A stretch of 63,568 nucleotides of DNA, filler included, from Octopus bimaculoides (Eukaryota): assembly GCF_001194135.2 (NCBI RefSeq). It is 4 parts of 3 records of this genome, joined end to end, with 100 filler letters (N's around TTAATTAATTAA, not from the genome) between each part and the next. Parts side by side here need not be neighbours in the genome. Positions count along the whole stretch, not along the records: positions 34,835 to 59,096 come from NC_068986.1; 3 more parts are not named here. The stretch is one strand, 5' to 3'. Below are positions 35,171-47,725 of this stretch, in pieces. Both the position numbers and the translations under genes were made by a program. A model generated the notes under the pieces. That model searched no databases and was not told the DNA's origin. It worked only from the letters and a program-made list of their open reading frames with translations. Numbering within the stretch: the first letter of the stretch is position 1; each line of letters begins with the position of its first letter.

Positions 35171-35996
35171 CCTTGTGTGTATTTATGACTTGGGAGTAAA
35201 TATGTATGTATGTATGTATGTATGTATGTTTGTTTGTATGTACGTATGTGTGTGTGTGCGTGTATAATTACGCACAATGATATATACATGTGTGTGCGTG
35301 TACGTTTGTGTGTATATATACGGCCATGTGTATGTTTTTGTCTTGTGTGGCTCAGTGTTTCCATGTGCGTGCATGCGTATGTGTGTATGTGTGAGTGTGC
35401 ATCTGTATGTTTACGTGCGTGTTTGTGTGCGTGTGTGGGTATGTATGTGCGCTATCCTGTGAAGACATGTGGCGACTCCTATTAACACAGTCACTTCTCT
35501 CGAATGGTTAAAGTGTTCAACTGTTTTTAATTTCTATTAAGCAACGCATAAATAAATGAACGTGTGTATAAGAGCGCGCGCGCACGTGTGTGTGCGTGCG
35601 TGTGTATGGTATTTAAATGTACGTTTGTGTTAAGCGTATCTGCCTCACTGCGCATGCATGTGTATATGAGAGCGCGCAGGCGTACATGCGGCGTGTCTGC
35701 GTGTGTGTGAGTGTGTATGTGTGTGTGTTTGTGAGTGTCTATCATCCTTACGTGAGTATTTATGCGTCTGTATGGCTGTGTTAGCCCGTGTAATTGAATT
35801 TCGCGATGGCTATTTTGAAGGAATGTATTATGTGTGCATGTGTGTATGTATGTGGATGTGTGCGTGTGCACGTGTAATGTTTGCATGCATATATATGTAT
35901 GTAAGGATATATCTCTGATTGTGTGTCTCTGACACACAGACACACACACACATACACACACACACACGCACACACACACACACGCGCACACACACA

Positions 35997-36030
<34 letters not shown>

Positions 36031-36036
<6 letters not shown>

Positions 36037-36575
36037 AGTAAATTGTCGTCTAAATTACGCAAAAAGGAAAATAACACTGACATCTCATTTGAACAGATAT
36101 ATTTACCAAAATTGCATAAGAATATCTTGAAATACTAAAGAGCAAATTTATTCAATAAAATTGCCATTGACTTCAACCACGGCCTCCAGTCGACTTCAGA
36201 ATCTCGTGCAACTCTTCTGGACAGCCACCTTGTTTAAGTTGGTGAATGCTGCCATAATTCTTGCCTTCATCTTTGGTGTTACAAGGAGTTTTGTTGGTTT
36301 CTCACTAAGCTGCGCCCCATGCATAATAATCAAGGGGATTGCAGTCTGAGGAGTTAGGTGACCAGATGTTAGAGGTGGTGTTGTCGGAGAAATTGTCTGA
36401 CAGCCATAACTGGGTTCTCCTGCTTGTGTAGCATGGTGCAGAGTCCTCTTGCCAGATATAGAATCTTCCGCCAGCCACCCTCTTGACCCAGGACAAGACT
36501 ACCTCCCGAGGCACTTGATGTAGACCTCCGTGTTATCGCAGATCGAGGAGATGCTACCCTTCCTGCCAATACTAT
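36031..36575 (-). mobile_element. maT/DD37D-like Tc1/mariner transposase 3' fragment
   Basis: WQEDSAPCYTSRRTQLWLSDNF...IWSPNSSDCNPLDYYAWG...ETNKTPCNTKDE. Confidence 0.85.
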
Positions 36576-36594
36576 TGTTAACCTCTAGTTTACG

Positions 36595-36985
36595 GTATAT
36601 GTACCCATGCATTGCTTTTTAGCTGCCATGAGATCTGCTTCTCCTCCAAGCTTCTGTTTAGGTAGGCCAGTTCAGCCTCCTTTGGTTCGCATGAGACAGT
36701 TGTATTCTCCAAGTACCTACATGATAGTTCTTCTGCAACTCTGAAGATGTTGTTGCTCTCACTTTTGAGTATGCAGGGAATGTACTCATTTCTTTCGTTA
36801 CTGTTCAGCAAGTGTAGTTTGAAAGATACAATATGACATTCAAACGCTGTTTGGACTGACCTTATTTCTATAAAGCCATCACTTCGGCTCGCATAAATCC
36901 TATTGGTGTCGTTGTAGGTGTGGAAGTTGCCAGTGCTAGACAATACCTTTTTCGTTTTGATTTCCAGGCTGTGTATCTCATCGAT
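36595..36985 (-). mobile_element. R4/Dong-type (RLE) non-LTR retrotransposon fragment, post-RT region
   Basis: EIHSLEIKTKKVLSSTGNFH...DTNRIYASRSDG...W.LK resembles the LDRKTRK.L...FH..SD..RLY..R..GG region. Confidence 0.65.
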
Positions 36986-37994
36986 ACATGTATGTATGTA
37001 TGTATGGATGTATGTATGTATGTATGTATGTATGTATGTATGTATGTTTGTATGCATACAAGTATGAAAGTGTTCATATGTGTAAGGATGAATGTATGTA
37101 TGTACTACGTACGTATATATGTGTATTTATGTATGTATGTATGTATGTATGCATGTATGTATGTATGCATGCAAGTATGTATGTGTGTGTATATGTGTTA
37201 GGATGAATGTATGTATGTATGTATGTACTACGTATGTATGTATGTGTGTGTGTATGTATGTATGTATGCATATGTATAAGTGTGGACGAATACTTATATG
37301 TATAATGGCGTATAAATGCAGCAATGCATGTTGAGGGAGGCGTGAGTATGCGCTTGTGTGTACTTGAAAGAGACAAGGGGGAAGAAAGAGAGAGAGAAAG
37401 ATTCACTGTATGTCTGCGGGTGAGCGTGTGTGCGCGGGTGAACGTGTATGCGCGGGTGACCATGTGTCTGTGTGTGCAAATTTGCGCCTGGAAGTTTATG
37501 TAGAAAGTCTCCCCTAACTCAATATGCCTGACAGTTTGAGCTTGACACTCCGAGAGAATATAAGTCAAAGCAAATGTCTCTATGTCTATCTATATATATA
37601 TGCCTGACTGTGCTCGCAAGATTGCGCCGGCGTTACATGTGTCTCTGTGTGACAGTTTGGCTTTGATTAGATCTACGTTGTCTATAAATGTGTGTTTGTG
37701 TGTATACGTGCGTGTGTGTGCGTGTATGTGTGTGCGTGTATGTGTGTGCGTATGTAAGCGGCAGTGTTTGTATGTGTGTGTGCGCGTAAAGGTTTGAATT
37801 TGATTACAACAAATCTAACATGACAGTGTATGTCAATAACTTGAAAACTTCCGTGTTTATTGTTTATATAAATATATGTGTACATTTGTGTGCTTGCATG
37901 TGCGCGCGAGTATATGTACATAAGCGTATATATATATATCCACACACAAACACACACACACGCACAAATATACACACATATGCATACACACATA

Positions 37995-38051
<57 letters not shown>

Positions 38052-38217
38052 TTATGCATACATATTATATACAAATACATATATTTATATATGTATATAT
38101 GCATACACACACACACACTCACGCACAAACATACACACACACACGCACGCACATACATCTATGTATATATATATATACAGAGAGAGAGAGAGAGAGAGAG
38201 ATTTATGCATACATATT

Positions 38218-38412
38218 AAATTTTGGTACAAGGTCAGCAATTTTGGGGAAGTCGATACATCAACCCAGTGCTTAACTGGTACTTATTTTGTCGACACCGG
38301 AAAGGATGAAAGGCAAAGTGAACCTCGGCGGAATTCGAACTTAGAACGTAAAGACGAAATACCGCCTAGCACTTTGCCCGTTGCGTTAGCGATTCTGCCA
38401 GTTCGCTGCCTT
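38218..38412 (-). mobile_element. S2 SINE
   Basis: Reverse complement of the S2 head and body. Confidence 0.9.
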
Positions 38413-38512
38413 ACAAATATAAGGATAATATAGAATAATGCATACATACACATATACATACATACATACAAACATACATACATACAAACATACATACATA
38501 CATACATACATA

Positions 38513-38905
38513 CTCTATCCAGATTACAAGTTCAGGTTCATACCTGTAATTATTGGGGCCCTGGGATATGTAACACACTGCCTAAATACCAATCTTGAGA
38601 AATTAGACTTGTCGATACCAGAAAGGAGAAAACTAATTCGAAGGCTACAGATTCAATCCATCACTGGAACTGTAAAAATCTGTAAAATTTTCCAGTTTAT
38701 CATTTAAATATATGTGAGCATGTCTAGATATGTAACTATATGCATGACAATACATACATAAAACATACAAATCTGCACATACATACAAACATACATACAT
38801 ACCCTGTTGTTGATGTTGAAATTCCACTGAAGGAACCTTGGATCTAGGTTCGAACCCGATTCTTTCTCAATTGGTAAGAAATCTTAAAATAAACTAAATA
38901 ATGAC
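38513..38905 (+). mobile_element. R4/NeSL-type (RLE) retrotransposon C-terminus and 3' UTR
   Basis: YKFRFIPVIIGALGYV...LEKL...LQIQSITGTVKICKIF* (stop at 38707) is a typical restriction-like endonuclease tail. Confidence 0.8.
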
Positions 38906-39636
38906 ATACATATATATATATATACGTGGTTTAATGAATGAGAAAGGAGTGCTGAAAATGTTTGTTGGGGATATGTTTTTTTTTGTTTGTTTTTTTAATT
39001 AAAACTGATCATGAGAGTTTGGGAAGGAGTGTGCATGTGTGTATATATGTTGAAAGTCCAGTGATGCATATTTGTAAATCGGACTATATACACATATTTA
39101 TGAATGTAACTATGTACACACATACAGCACGACCGCAGTCAAATGACTTAACCAAGTAAAAGAATAAAAGAAATTAAGAATACATAATCCCTTTACCGGA
39201 TAGGCACCCTTAGTCTTGAACATTGCCACCCCCATGCGTATATGTGTGTATGCGGGTGTGTATGTGTATGTACTTGTGCTTGTGCAAGTGTATATGCATC
39301 ATTTGAGCACATTGCTCTGAAACGGTGTTGCATCCATTTACGTCAAAAGAAAACTAGCATATAATATATACAGATCGATAAATTCAGTATTAATTTATAT
39401 TCCAATTACTAGGCATTTTGCGAAGGCCTAAACACCATTGAAGCTGTCGTCCTAGTATGGCCGAAATTCTTTGATGCAAAACAGGAATGACCGTGAGGTC
39501 AAGTAATTGGCTTTGCAACTACGTGGCTTCGAGTTCAGTGATACTTGCATGGCATGCTGGGCAAATGGTTTGGGCCGATCACGGTCTTATGCATGTATTT
39601 AACAGACTTTGCGGAGGCATGTGTTGTATATATACA

Positions 39637-39637
39637 T

Positions 39638-39695
<58 letters not shown>

Positions 39696-39742
39696 GGGTA
39701 GATAGATGGATAGATAGACAGATAGAGAAAGAGAGATAGAGG

Positions 39743-39815
<73 letters not shown>

Positions 39816-39900
39816 GTAGGTAGATAGGTAGATAGATGGATAAAGAGACAGATAGAGATAGATAGATAAATAGATAAATAGATAGATCGATAGATAGATG
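39637..39900. repeat. (TAGA)n array
   Basis: Seen directly. Confidence 0.95.
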
Positions 39901-40279
39901 TGTGCGTGTGTGTGTGTGTCTGTCAGTCTGGCTGTGTACGTCGGTGTCTATGTGTGTTTGCGTTTGATTACGAGTCAACGAAAATTTCGGTAAAAAGGGG
40001 AGAACAGAATTCGTACTAGACTTGAAAATATACATTAGGGTGGATTTAATAGACTAGAACTTACAAGGCGGTGCCCCAGCATGGCCCCGGGCCAGTGACA
40101 GAAGCAACTGGAAAAATATAAGAATAAAAGAACATATGTATTTATATAGGTATGTAGGTATGTGTCTGGGCGTGTGTGTGTGTGTATAAACGCGTGGTGA
40201 GTAATAATGGTAAATAGGGAGGAAAACACATCGTTTTATTCACTTATAATTACGAATGACTTCAAAAGACGGAAAAATA

Positions 40280-41000
40280 AACAGCAATAACAAGACATCA
40301 TAATCGTAATCATTATGATCATCATTATCGTCATAACGATTGTCTTTATCTGCATCGCCGTCGTCGTCACCATCACTGTTTTCATCATAATTACTGTTGC
40401 ATTCGTTGTTGCCATTGTTCTCATCGACGGTGTCATCATCATCATCATCATCATATTATCACCATTACCAACATCGTCATCATCGTCATTGTCATTGTTG
40501 AGATAGTCGTCGTTAACAATGTCGCCATTAACAGTTCTGTTCCTTCTACGACGTTAACGGTTCTCTTCCTTCATCAAGAAGAAGAAGAAGAAGAAGAAGA
40601 AGAAGAAGAAGAAGAAGAAGAAGAAGAAGAAGAAAAAGAAGAAGAAGAAGAAGAAGAAGAAGAAGAAGAAGAAGAAGAAGAAGATGATGATGATGATGAT
40701 GATGATGATAATGATGATGACGATGATCCGAGGCAAGGGCAACAGCCACGACACATTAGCAGCGCCATCATGAGCACTATCATCACTGTGGTGACGGTTT
40801 TGGTGGGGAGGGACGGTGGCGGTGGTTGCTTGTGGTGGTAATGGTGGTGTTGATGGTGGTGGAGATGGTGACGAAAGTGGTGATACTGGTGATTGTGGTG
40901 GTGGTGGTGGTGGCGGTTGTTGTGCTTGTGGTGATGGTGGTGGTGGTGGCCGTCGTCCTCGTCGTCGTCTTCATTGTCCTCCTTATCATCATCATAACAT
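40280..41000. repeat. Compound trinucleotide region (CAT, GAA, GAT, GGT)
   Basis: Seen directly; explains the homopolymer ORFs at 40236-41056. Confidence 0.9.
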
Positions 41001-41066
41001 CATCTTCCCGGTGGTCATCTCTGGCAACAACCGATAACTTACACAGTTGCAATTAGATGGTTAATT

Positions 41067-41195
41067 AGCAGAGCTGTTAGCGCTCTGGGTAAAACGTTTT
41101 CTGTCCAGTGTTTTTTTCCCCTCTGAGTTCAAATCCTGCTGGGTTCAGTTTTAGTTTTCATCCTTTTTGGATCGATAGAAAAGTAACAATACAGG
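41067..41195 (+). mobile_element. Degenerate S2 SINE
   Basis: GCAGAGCTGTTAGCGC...CTGAGTTCAAATCC...TTTCATCCTTTTTGGATCGATA. Confidence 0.6.
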
Positions 41196-41555
41196 ACGAT
41201 GGGCTGACAGAACTATTTCGCTGTTAGGAGAGATGCTTCGCTACAGCTGTTCCCGTGTTTTGCGCTCTGACAGGAACGTCTGTAAGAACACAAAAACCAG
41301 GTTGTATCAACCCATGTCGGCGGGCTTTTCCCTTGGAAAAATATTTGTAGCACAGACAGAAAATACTTGCACGCCTATCAACTGCCAATCTTTCTCAAAA
41401 TCTTGCACAGTCCTACATATACTGCACCGATTCAGAGTCAACTTCGATTAACAATAGCGCTATAATATATGTGTGTGTCCGTCCATATATACACTCATTG
41501 ACATATATGTAAATGTATCCACACACACACACACACGCGCACACACACACACACA

Positions 41556-41613
<58 letters not shown>

Positions 41614-41784
41614 TAGCGCCTTCGTTAATCGAAGTTGTCTCTGAATATATATATAACAGTTTGATTCGACTCCATGCAACTACGCAAATCAAACCCAACA
41701 GGCTCGTAGAACGCGCGCACAAGTAGATACACACGCACGCAAACACTGACACGCACACATACACACGCACACACATCACACACA

Positions 41785-41823
<39 letters not shown>

Positions 41824-42137
41824 ACACAAACATCAGTAAACTGCTATCGCAAGCAAACCGAAGCCGTTGGCCACGTAAGTGTATCGCCAACATCTCATCC
41901 CAGTACGTAGTCCTAGGAATTCTGAACGTTAACTGATGTCAGTACCACATTGATGACATCAACTGACCTTCGTTGACCAACAGCTACCCAATTCGATTCT
42001 GCGAATTGAATGAGTTAGGTTCGTTTCGCGAAGCTGTAACCATCAGTTGCATGAAACTGAAACAAATTGTTATATATCTAACATCTACTAAATGCATTGA
42101 GTGCCATTATATTTCGTTTGTCCTTTCATCCGAAATA

Positions 42138-42174
<37 letters not shown>

Positions 42175-43254
42175 TCGTTCCGTTGTCTGTAGTTCATTGT
42201 TCTAACGTCCTATACCCTGATATGCATATATATACACATGTAGATGTAAGTATGTACATATATGTGTGTATACATGTATATATATTCTTTGTATTATTAC
42301 ATTATTGAACGCACACGTCCTTTTTTGCAAGTAAGTCTACTTTATTATTCTGATGTGACTCTATCTTTCTATCTATCTATCTATTTATCTGTCTATCTAT
42401 CTATCTATCTATCTTTCTATCTATCTATTTATCTATCTGTCTTCCTCTATCTTTCTATCTATCCCTCTGTCCNNNNNNNNNNNNNNNNNNNNNNNNNNNN
42501 NNNNNNNNNNNNNNNNNNNNNNNNNNNNNNNNNNNNNNNNNNNNNNNNNNNNNNNNNNNNNNNNNNNNNNNNNNNNNNNNNNNNNNNNNNNNNNNNNNNN
42601 NNNNNNNNNNNNNNNNNNNNNNNNNNNNNNNNNNNNNNNNNNNNNNNNNNNNNNNNNNNNNNNNNNNNNNNNNNNNNNNNNNNNNNNNNNNNNNNNNNNN
42701 NNNNNNNNNNNNNNNNNNNNNNNNNNNNNNNNNNNNNNNNNNNNNNNNNNNNNNNNNNNNNNNNNNNNNNNNNNNNNNNNNNNNNNNNNNNNNNNNNNNN
42801 NNNNNNNNNNNNNNNNNNNNNNNNNNNNNNNNNNNNNNNNNNNNNNNNNNNNNNNNNNNNNNNNNNNNNNNNNNNNNNNNNNNNNNNNNNNNNNNNNNNN
42901 NNNNNNNNNNNNNNNNNNNNNNNNNNNNNNNNNNNNNNNNNNNNNNNNNNNNNNNNNNNNNNNNNNNNNNNNNNNNNNNNNNNNNNNNNNNNNNNNNNNN
43001 NNNNNNNNNNNNNNNNNNNNNNNNNNNNNNNNNNNNNNNNNNNNNNNNNNNNNNNNNNNNNNNNNNNNNNNNNNNNNNNNNNNNNNNNNNNNNNNNNNNN
43101 NNNNNNNNNNNNNNNNNNNNNNNNNNNNNNNNNNNNNNNNNNNNNNNNNNNNNNNNNNNNNNNNNNNNNNNNNNNNNNNNNNNNNNNNNNNNNNNNNNNN
43201 NNNNNNNNNNNNNNNNNNNNNNNNNNNTATATATATATATATATATATATTATA

Positions 43255-43415
43255 CAGAATGGGACAAGAACGCAAAAATATCCAGACAGTTAGGTGATAC
43301 AAGAAAGGGACAAAACATAAAGATGGGCGTTACAAAGAAAACAGAGACATGTCATTCACAGTTTTCTCTCTTCAGTCGAGATCCAGATTATCTTTGCAAT
43401 TTCGGCTGGTGATAT
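43255..43415 (-). mobile_element. Possible Penelope-like terminal fragment
   Basis: Minus strand CAGCCGAAATTGC...CTGAAGAGAG: broken hammerhead-like pieces; otherwise recognition only. Confidence 0.3.
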
Positions 43416-43886
43416 ATATATACACATACATACATATACAACAAAAAGAAATAAAATAACAAAAACAGTAATATGAGTGTTGTTGTGGTTGCTGTTTTCC
43501 GATGGCCATAAGACAGCGCTAATCCAACAGAATTATGATTATAGAATTCAAACCGTTCTCATAGTATTTTTTACAGATTAAATATATCCAGAACTACATC
43601 ACCCAAGCGCAATATTGCGATATTGTATATTTCTGATGGACATGGTAATTTTTGTGAGATTTGGCTTTTGGTTCTAGTACGTCAGTCAGCCATATAGAGA
43701 CGCCATCGTTGTATTGTCAATGCGACAGTAGATTAGATTTGCGGTCGCTGACATGTGACAAACCACATGAAACAACACATATTTGCCAGTCGCTGTTATT
43801 ATCAGATTCTTCATCATATTTAAACATGATCATTGATCGACATCTTATTGATTTTTCGGTACTATCTATGCCTGTATATGTACACA

Positions 43887-43931
<45 letters not shown>

Positions 43932-44354
43932 GCACACACATGCATACAAACATACATTGCAAAGTGTATGTATAGATATATATTTATATATATATACATA
44001 CATATATATANNNNNNNNNNNNNNNNNNNNNNNNNNNNNNNNNNNNNNNNNNNNNNNNNNNNNNNNNNNNNNNNNNNNNNNNNNNNNNNNNNNNNNNNNN
44101 NNNNNNNNNNNNNNNNNNNNNNNNNNNNNNNNNNNNNNNNNNNNNNNNNNNNNNNNNNNNNNNNNNNNNNNNNNNNNNNNNNNNNNNNNNNNNNNNNNNN
44201 NNNNNNNNNNNNNNNNNNNNNNNNNNNNNNNNNNNNNNNNNNNNNNNNNNNNNNNNNNNNNNNNNNNNNNNNNNNNNNNNNNNNNNNNNNNNNNNNNNNN
44301 NNNNNNNNNNNNNNNNNNNNNNNNNNNNNNNNNNNNNNNNNNNNNNNNNNNNNN

Positions 44355-44407
<53 letters not shown>

Positions 44408-44839
44408 TACATAAAACACGCACACATTCCTATTTTTGTTTGTTTTTGTTTTATTGTGTTACTCGTTCCAGCCAGATGCTAAATTCATGTTGGGCACCAC
44501 CTTTCAGTGTGATTTGGTTTCCTTTCTGTGTTGTTTTTGGTGAAGTAGTACGTTGGACTGAGCTGTTGTTTCTGCCTACTGTTGTGATGTGGATTTATTC
44601 AAACACAGACAAAGATTTGTTCAAACATTCTATGATGACCTTAACATCTACACATTGCAAATTTCTGAGGCTGTTTGACAAAATTTTGAATAGATTTGAA
44701 CCTTTGAGGCACAAGCTGTTACAGTACTGGGCACCTATTCTAGATGGAAATATATACATACATATATATGTATGTGTTTTTATTTTTTGGAACATTGGCT
44801 CTCGAAGCCGAAAATGTTGTAGATAATAGCGTGTAAATA

Positions 44840-45035
44840 TTATTTTCTACTCTAAGCACAAGGCCCGAAATTTGGAGGGAAAGGGCTAGTCTATTACATC
44901 GACCCCAGTACGCAACTGGTACTTAATCTATCGATCCCGAAAGGATGAAAGGCAAAGTCGATCTCGGCGTAATTTGAACTCAGAACAGACAGACGAAATA
45001 CTGCTAAGCATTTCTCTCTGCGTGCTAACGTTTCT
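44840..45035 (-). mobile_element. S2 SINE
   Basis: Reverse complement of S2 with the GGGCCTTGTGC.TAGAGTAGAAAA tail. Confidence 0.9.
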
Positions 45036-45245
45036 TATTTCTTTATTGCCCACAAGGGTCTAAACATAGAGGAGACAAACAAGGAGAGACAAAGAGATTA
45101 AATCGATTACATCAACCTCAGTGCGTAACAGGTACTTAATTTATCGACTCCGAAAGGTTGAATGGCAAAGTCGACCTCGGCGGAATTTGAATTCAGAACG
45201 TAACGGCAGACGAAACACCGCTAAGCATTTTACCCAGTGTGTAAA
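45036..45245 (-). mobile_element. S2 SINE variant with a different 3' tail
   Basis: Same head and body, but tail ...TTTGTCTC..TTGTTTGTCTCCTCTATGTTTAGACCCTTGTGGGCAATAAAGAAATA. Confidence 0.85.
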
Positions 45246-45562
45246 TACTGGCTTAAAAAATGTCTTTGGATAGAAAAGGTCGAAACCAGTTTTGAAAATA
45301 CAAAAATACGTGTTTTTATGACGTCAATAATATATATATACAAACACACACACACACGCACACACATACGTATATATCTTTCTTCAGTTATAACATTGCG
45401 ATTATGCAGTAGCACGCAACCGCCTTGAAGATATTTTAGTCGAACGAAGCCTCCACAGAACTTACTTTTTTAATCTTAATACTTATTCTATCGGTTTTTG
45501 GTCGAACTGGTAAGTTATGGGAAGTGTTGGTTTTGGTAAATATTAATATATATAAATATTCC

Positions 45563-45762
45563 TTTATTCTTTTATTTGTTTCAGTCATTTGACTGCGGTC
45601 ATGCTGGAGCACAACATTTTTAGTGGAATAAATCTACCCTAGGACATATTCTTTGTAAGCCTAGTACTATCGTTCCCTGATGCCGAACCGCTAAGTTACG
45701 GGACATAAACACACCAACACCGTTGTCAAGCGATGATGGTAGGGACAAACACAGACACACAA

Positions 45763-45807
<45 letters not shown>

Positions 45808-45968
45808 CGACGGGCTTCTTTCAATTTCCGTCTACCAAATCCACTCACAAGACTTTGGTCGGCCCGAGGCTGTAGTAGAAGATAATAGTCTAAGGTGCCA
45901 CGCAATTGGACTGAACCTAGAACCATGTATTTGGTAAGCAAGCTACTTACTATACAGCTACTCCTGCA
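45563..45968 (-). mobile_element. S1 SINE, full length with internal (CA)n(TA)n
   Basis: All S1 modules in reverse complement. Confidence 0.9.
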
Positions 45969-46556
45969 GCAAAATGGCTGCGAAAGGTTAACGATTTTTG
46001 ACTTGGAGCATGTTTAAAAGCTGAGAAAAGTTCAGTTCTTAATTTCAGATCTTCATTATTTTCCTAGAGTGACAAAATCAGTCTCTCTGATAAGTACAAA
46101 TAGCAATTCAAATATNNNNNNNNNNNNNNNNNNNNNNNNNNNNNNNNNNNNNNNNNNNNNNNNNNNNNNNNNNNNNNNNNNNNNNNNNNNNNNNNNNNNN
46201 NNNNNNNNNNNNNNNNNNNNNNNNNNNNNNNGTGTGTGTGTGTGCGTGTGTGTGTGTGTGTGTGTGATACATACATACACATATTTATGTGCGTTTGTAT
46301 TTGTCCCCTACCCACGCATGGCAATCAGTGTCCCTGTAACTTGACGATTGAATAAGTGCCAGGCCTAAAAAGTACAGAGAGTTAGGAATGAATATCATCT
46401 TCCACACCATCGCTATTGGGTAATGCACCTTTGTTATTGAAATATTCGTGTTTTTAAACGCAGTGCCAGGACGAATATCGCGGTTAATTTGCCTTTCGCA
46501 ATGATATACATGTAACTATTTTAGTCTAAATGCTGCTTCTCTCGCACACATCGGAT

Positions 46557-46732
46557 TGTTATGTCAACGCCCCCAGGCGAAGAAGTAGGATCTCCCAAGA
46601 CATATAAATAGAGGTAGTCTGGCCGTGGTAGAGGTGTTGAGTAGCAGTCGAGTAGCAGTCGAGTAGCAGTTGTGTAGCGGTTGAGTGGAGACCATCCGAA
46701 GGTGCTAGATAGCAGTAGCTTGAGACATAACA
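46557..46732 (+). mobile_element. Solo LTR, 176 bp
   Basis: Begins TGTTATGTC, ends GACATAACA (9-bp terminal inverted repeats, TG...CA); 5-bp TSD CGGAT (46552-46556, 46733-46737); TATAAATA inside. Confidence 0.85.
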
Positions 46733-47564
46733 CGGATATATATTTATATTCACGCACATATACATATGTATATGGACGCGCACATACACATACATACATA
46801 CATACATACATACATACATACATACATACATACATANNNNNNNNNNNNNNNNNNNNNNNNNNNNNNNNNNNNNNNNNNNNNNNNNNNNNNNNNNNNNNNN
46901 NNNNNNNNNNNNNNNNNNNNNNNNNNNNNNNNNNNNNNNNNNNNNNNNNNNNNNNNNNNNNNNNNNNNNNNNNNNNNNNNNNNNNNNNNNNNNNNNNNNN
47001 NNNNNNNNNNNNNNNNNNNNNNNNNNNNNNNNNNNNNNNNNNNNNNNNNNNNNNNNNNNNNNNNNNNNNNNNNNNNNNNNNNNNNNNNNNNNNNNNNNNN
47101 NNNNNNNNNNNNNNNNNNNNNNNNNNNNNNNNNNNNNNNNNNNNNNNNNNNNNNNNNNNNNNNNNNNNNNNNNNNNNNNNNNNNNNNNNNNNNNNNNNNN
47201 NNNNNNNNNNNNNNNNNNNNNNNNNNNNNNNNNNNNNNNNNNNNNNNNNNNNNNNNNNNNNNNNNNNNNNNNNNNNNNNNNNNNNNNNNNNNNNNNNNNN
47301 NNNNNNNNNNNNNNNNNNNNNNNNNNNNNNNNNNNNNNNNNNNNNNNNNNNNNNNNNNNNNNNNNNNNNNNNNNNNNNNNNNNNNNNNNNNNNNNNNNNN
47401 NNNNNNNNNNNNNNNNNNNNNNNNNNNNNNNNNNNNNNNNNNNNNNNNNNNNNNNNNNNNNNNNNNNNNNNNNNNNNNNNNNNNNNNNNNNNNNNNNNNN
47501 NNNNNNNNNNNNNNNNNNNNNNNNNNNNNNNNNNNNNNNNNNNNNNATATATATATATATATAG

Positions 47565-47725
47565 TGAGTTCAAAAAAGAAAAACGACAAAAAAAACAACA
47601 AAAACAACGCAAGGACGTGATACAGATATTGTGTTATTGGACGCTCGGGAAAGGAAAGAAAGAGAATCTGACGTTTCGAGCGGAGCTCTTCGTCGGAAAC
47701 ATAGGAAAGTCCAAAGAAGGGAAAC
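47565..47725 (-). mobile_element. Penelope-like terminal fragment
   Basis: Carries a minimal hammerhead-like motif; bounded by microsatellites. Confidence 0.5.
47666..47700 (-). ncRNA. Minimal hammerhead-like motif, U4C core variant
   Basis: CCGACGA+A, stem II GAGC/GCUC, GAAA, palindrome ACGU, GUC; stem I weak (UUUG/AGAU with two G-U pairs). Confidence 0.45.

Noticed and set aside
38827-38858. CTGAAGG-AACCT/AGGTT-CGAAC in the RLE LINE 3' UTR
   Set aside because: A9 and GAAA both deviate and no stem I forms; probably an ordinary 3' UTR hairpin.
43340-43380. Minus-strand CTGAAGA-GAG...GAAT-GACATGTC
   Set aside because: Stem II and GAAA are broken and stem I does not pair; at best an unprovable relic.
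43577-43644. Putative 68-nt exon (LNISRTTSPKRNIAILYISDGH)
   Set aside because: Good-looking splice sites, but no recognisable protein or compatible neighbouring exon.
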